Positions 63,451 through 64,000 of a stretch of 64,000 nt of DNA are shown here, one piece after another; the stretch's first letter is position 1; each line of letters opens with the position of its first letter. The notes beneath the pieces were generated by a model, which had not been told where the DNA came from, did not search any database, and saw only the letters and a list, made by a program, of their open reading frames with translations. The stretch covers positions 11,844 to 75,843 of the forward strand of contig JAKAVT010000003.1 in the NCBI GenBank assembly GCA_021817165.1, in the 5' to 3' direction. This stretch comes from Nanobdellota archaeon. Its GTDB lineage: Archaea; Nanobdellota; Nanobdellia; Parvarchaeales; Parvarchaeaceae. A program made the position numbers and the translations under genes.

Positions 63451-64000
63451 ATGGAAGAAGTGCTTCAGGAAATCGTTGAAAAATTACGTTTTTTGAAAGA
63501 ATTTACTGACGTTAAAAATATAGAGAATTTTATTGCAAGATTAAACAAAACAAAAGATCCAGAGATGCAAGCATTTCTATTGTCGAAAATAACGTCCGAA
63601 TTTCAAAGACTGGAGGCAATGTTTCCAGTTTCTGACCCGTCTTTTCCAGCAATTAAAATCAAAGAAGGAGGGTTGGAAATAGGTGATTTAATCTATAAAG
63701 GCCAAAAAATAGGCAGGTTTTCGTTGTCTGTTGAAGATTTGAATAGAAACGTGCTTATAATCGGCTCCACAGGCCATGGCAAAACCTCCCTCATACATAG
63801 TATATTGCAAAAGTCGGCTAAGAAGGGCATAAACTATCTTGTATTTGACATGAAAAAGGATTACAAGACATTAAGCTTAGACAAGGATTCCGTTTATATT
63901 GACGCGGAAGATTTAAAGATAAATCCTCTAGAGGCGCCAATCAATACCAAAGAGGCAGACTGGGCAGTTCATTTTGCGGACATTTTTTCAGACAGCTTTT
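63451..64000 (+). CDS. HerA/FtsK-superfamily (DUF87-like) P-loop ATPase, N-terminal part; 3' end outside window
   Basis: ATG directly follows the upstream stop. Barrel-like segment GLEIGDLIYKGQKIGRFSLSVEDL, then NVLIIGSTGHGKTS Walker A, LVFDMKKDY and INPL, as in HerA/VirB4/TraG-like ATPases. Confidence 0.7.
   Translation, partial: MEEVLQEIVEKLRFLKEFTDVKNIENFIARLNKTKDPEMQAFLLSKITSEFQRLEAMFPVSDPSFPAIKIKEGGLEIGDLIYKGQKIGRFSLSVEDLNRNVLIIGSTGHGKTSLIHSILQKSAKKGINYLVFDMKKDYKTLSLDKDSVYIDAEDLKINPLEAPINTKEADWAVHFADIFSDSF

Noticed and set aside
1-64000. A search by eye for CRISPR arrays, tRNA or rRNA genes, IS elements or transposases, and long direct repeats.
   Set aside because: None were recognised. 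All spacers longer than 60 nt were read and are explained by promoters, small ORFs or the origin. A covariance-model scan (tRNAscan/Infernal) would be needed to exclude small ncRNAs.

Overview
AT-rich (mid-30s % GC by eye, not computed), extremely compact archaeal chromosomal segment. I call 72 protein-coding genes. I recognised no rRNA, tRNA, CRISPR array, transposase or integrase. All function calls rest on motifs read from the translations; no database search was possible.

Archaeal identity is clear from eL43, eS27, eL42, uL1/P0/P1, RpoP, Sec61-beta, prefoldin-beta, a Pcc1-like protein, an Hjc-like nuclease, Orc1/Cdc6 and an ATP-dependent DNA ligase. A single-polypeptide PriS+PriL-CTD primase, minimal spacers, a sedolisin protease and sequon-rich surface proteins suggest a small-genome acidophile (DPANN-like or Thermoplasmata-like). 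That placement is inference only.

Main content:
- nuoABCDHI at 5.0-9.1 kb.
- An unusual concentration of TCA-cycle genes: acnA-icd (1.2-5.0 kb), sdhAB plus anchor (37.4-40.7 kb), trx-OFOR alpha/beta-citrate synthase (40.7-45.0 kb), sucCD (45.1-47.0 kb) and fumC (49.7-51.1 kb).
- Two SUF operons: HTH-sufCBD (11.1-14.7 kb) and sufS-sufU (53.7-55.3 kb).
- An upper-glycolysis operon pfkB-fba-glk-tpiA (20.5-23.8 kb).
- A membrane-anchored sedolisin followed by a type IV pilus-type ATPase/platform pair (27.9-34.7 kb).
- A replication origin with ORB repeats next to orc1/cdc6 (60.24-60.64 kb).

Most noteworthy hunts:
1. An identical 23-bp palindrome+TATA module sits 21 nt upstream of both SUF operons, together with a Cys-bearing HTH protein. 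This is a candidate Fe-S regulon.
2. An uncharacterised operon right of the origin encodes a glycine-motif surface protein, a Zn-ribbon/wHTH protein and a HerA/FtsK-like ATPase. It is cut by the window end.
3. The fused primase.
4. An archaeal adenylate-kinase-like domain with a degenerate P-loop is fused to a DNPH1/deoxyribosyltransferase-like domain.
5. An oversized, pilin-less pilus ATPase/platform pair lies behind a prodomain-less sedolisin.
6. The SDH membrane anchor is atypical.
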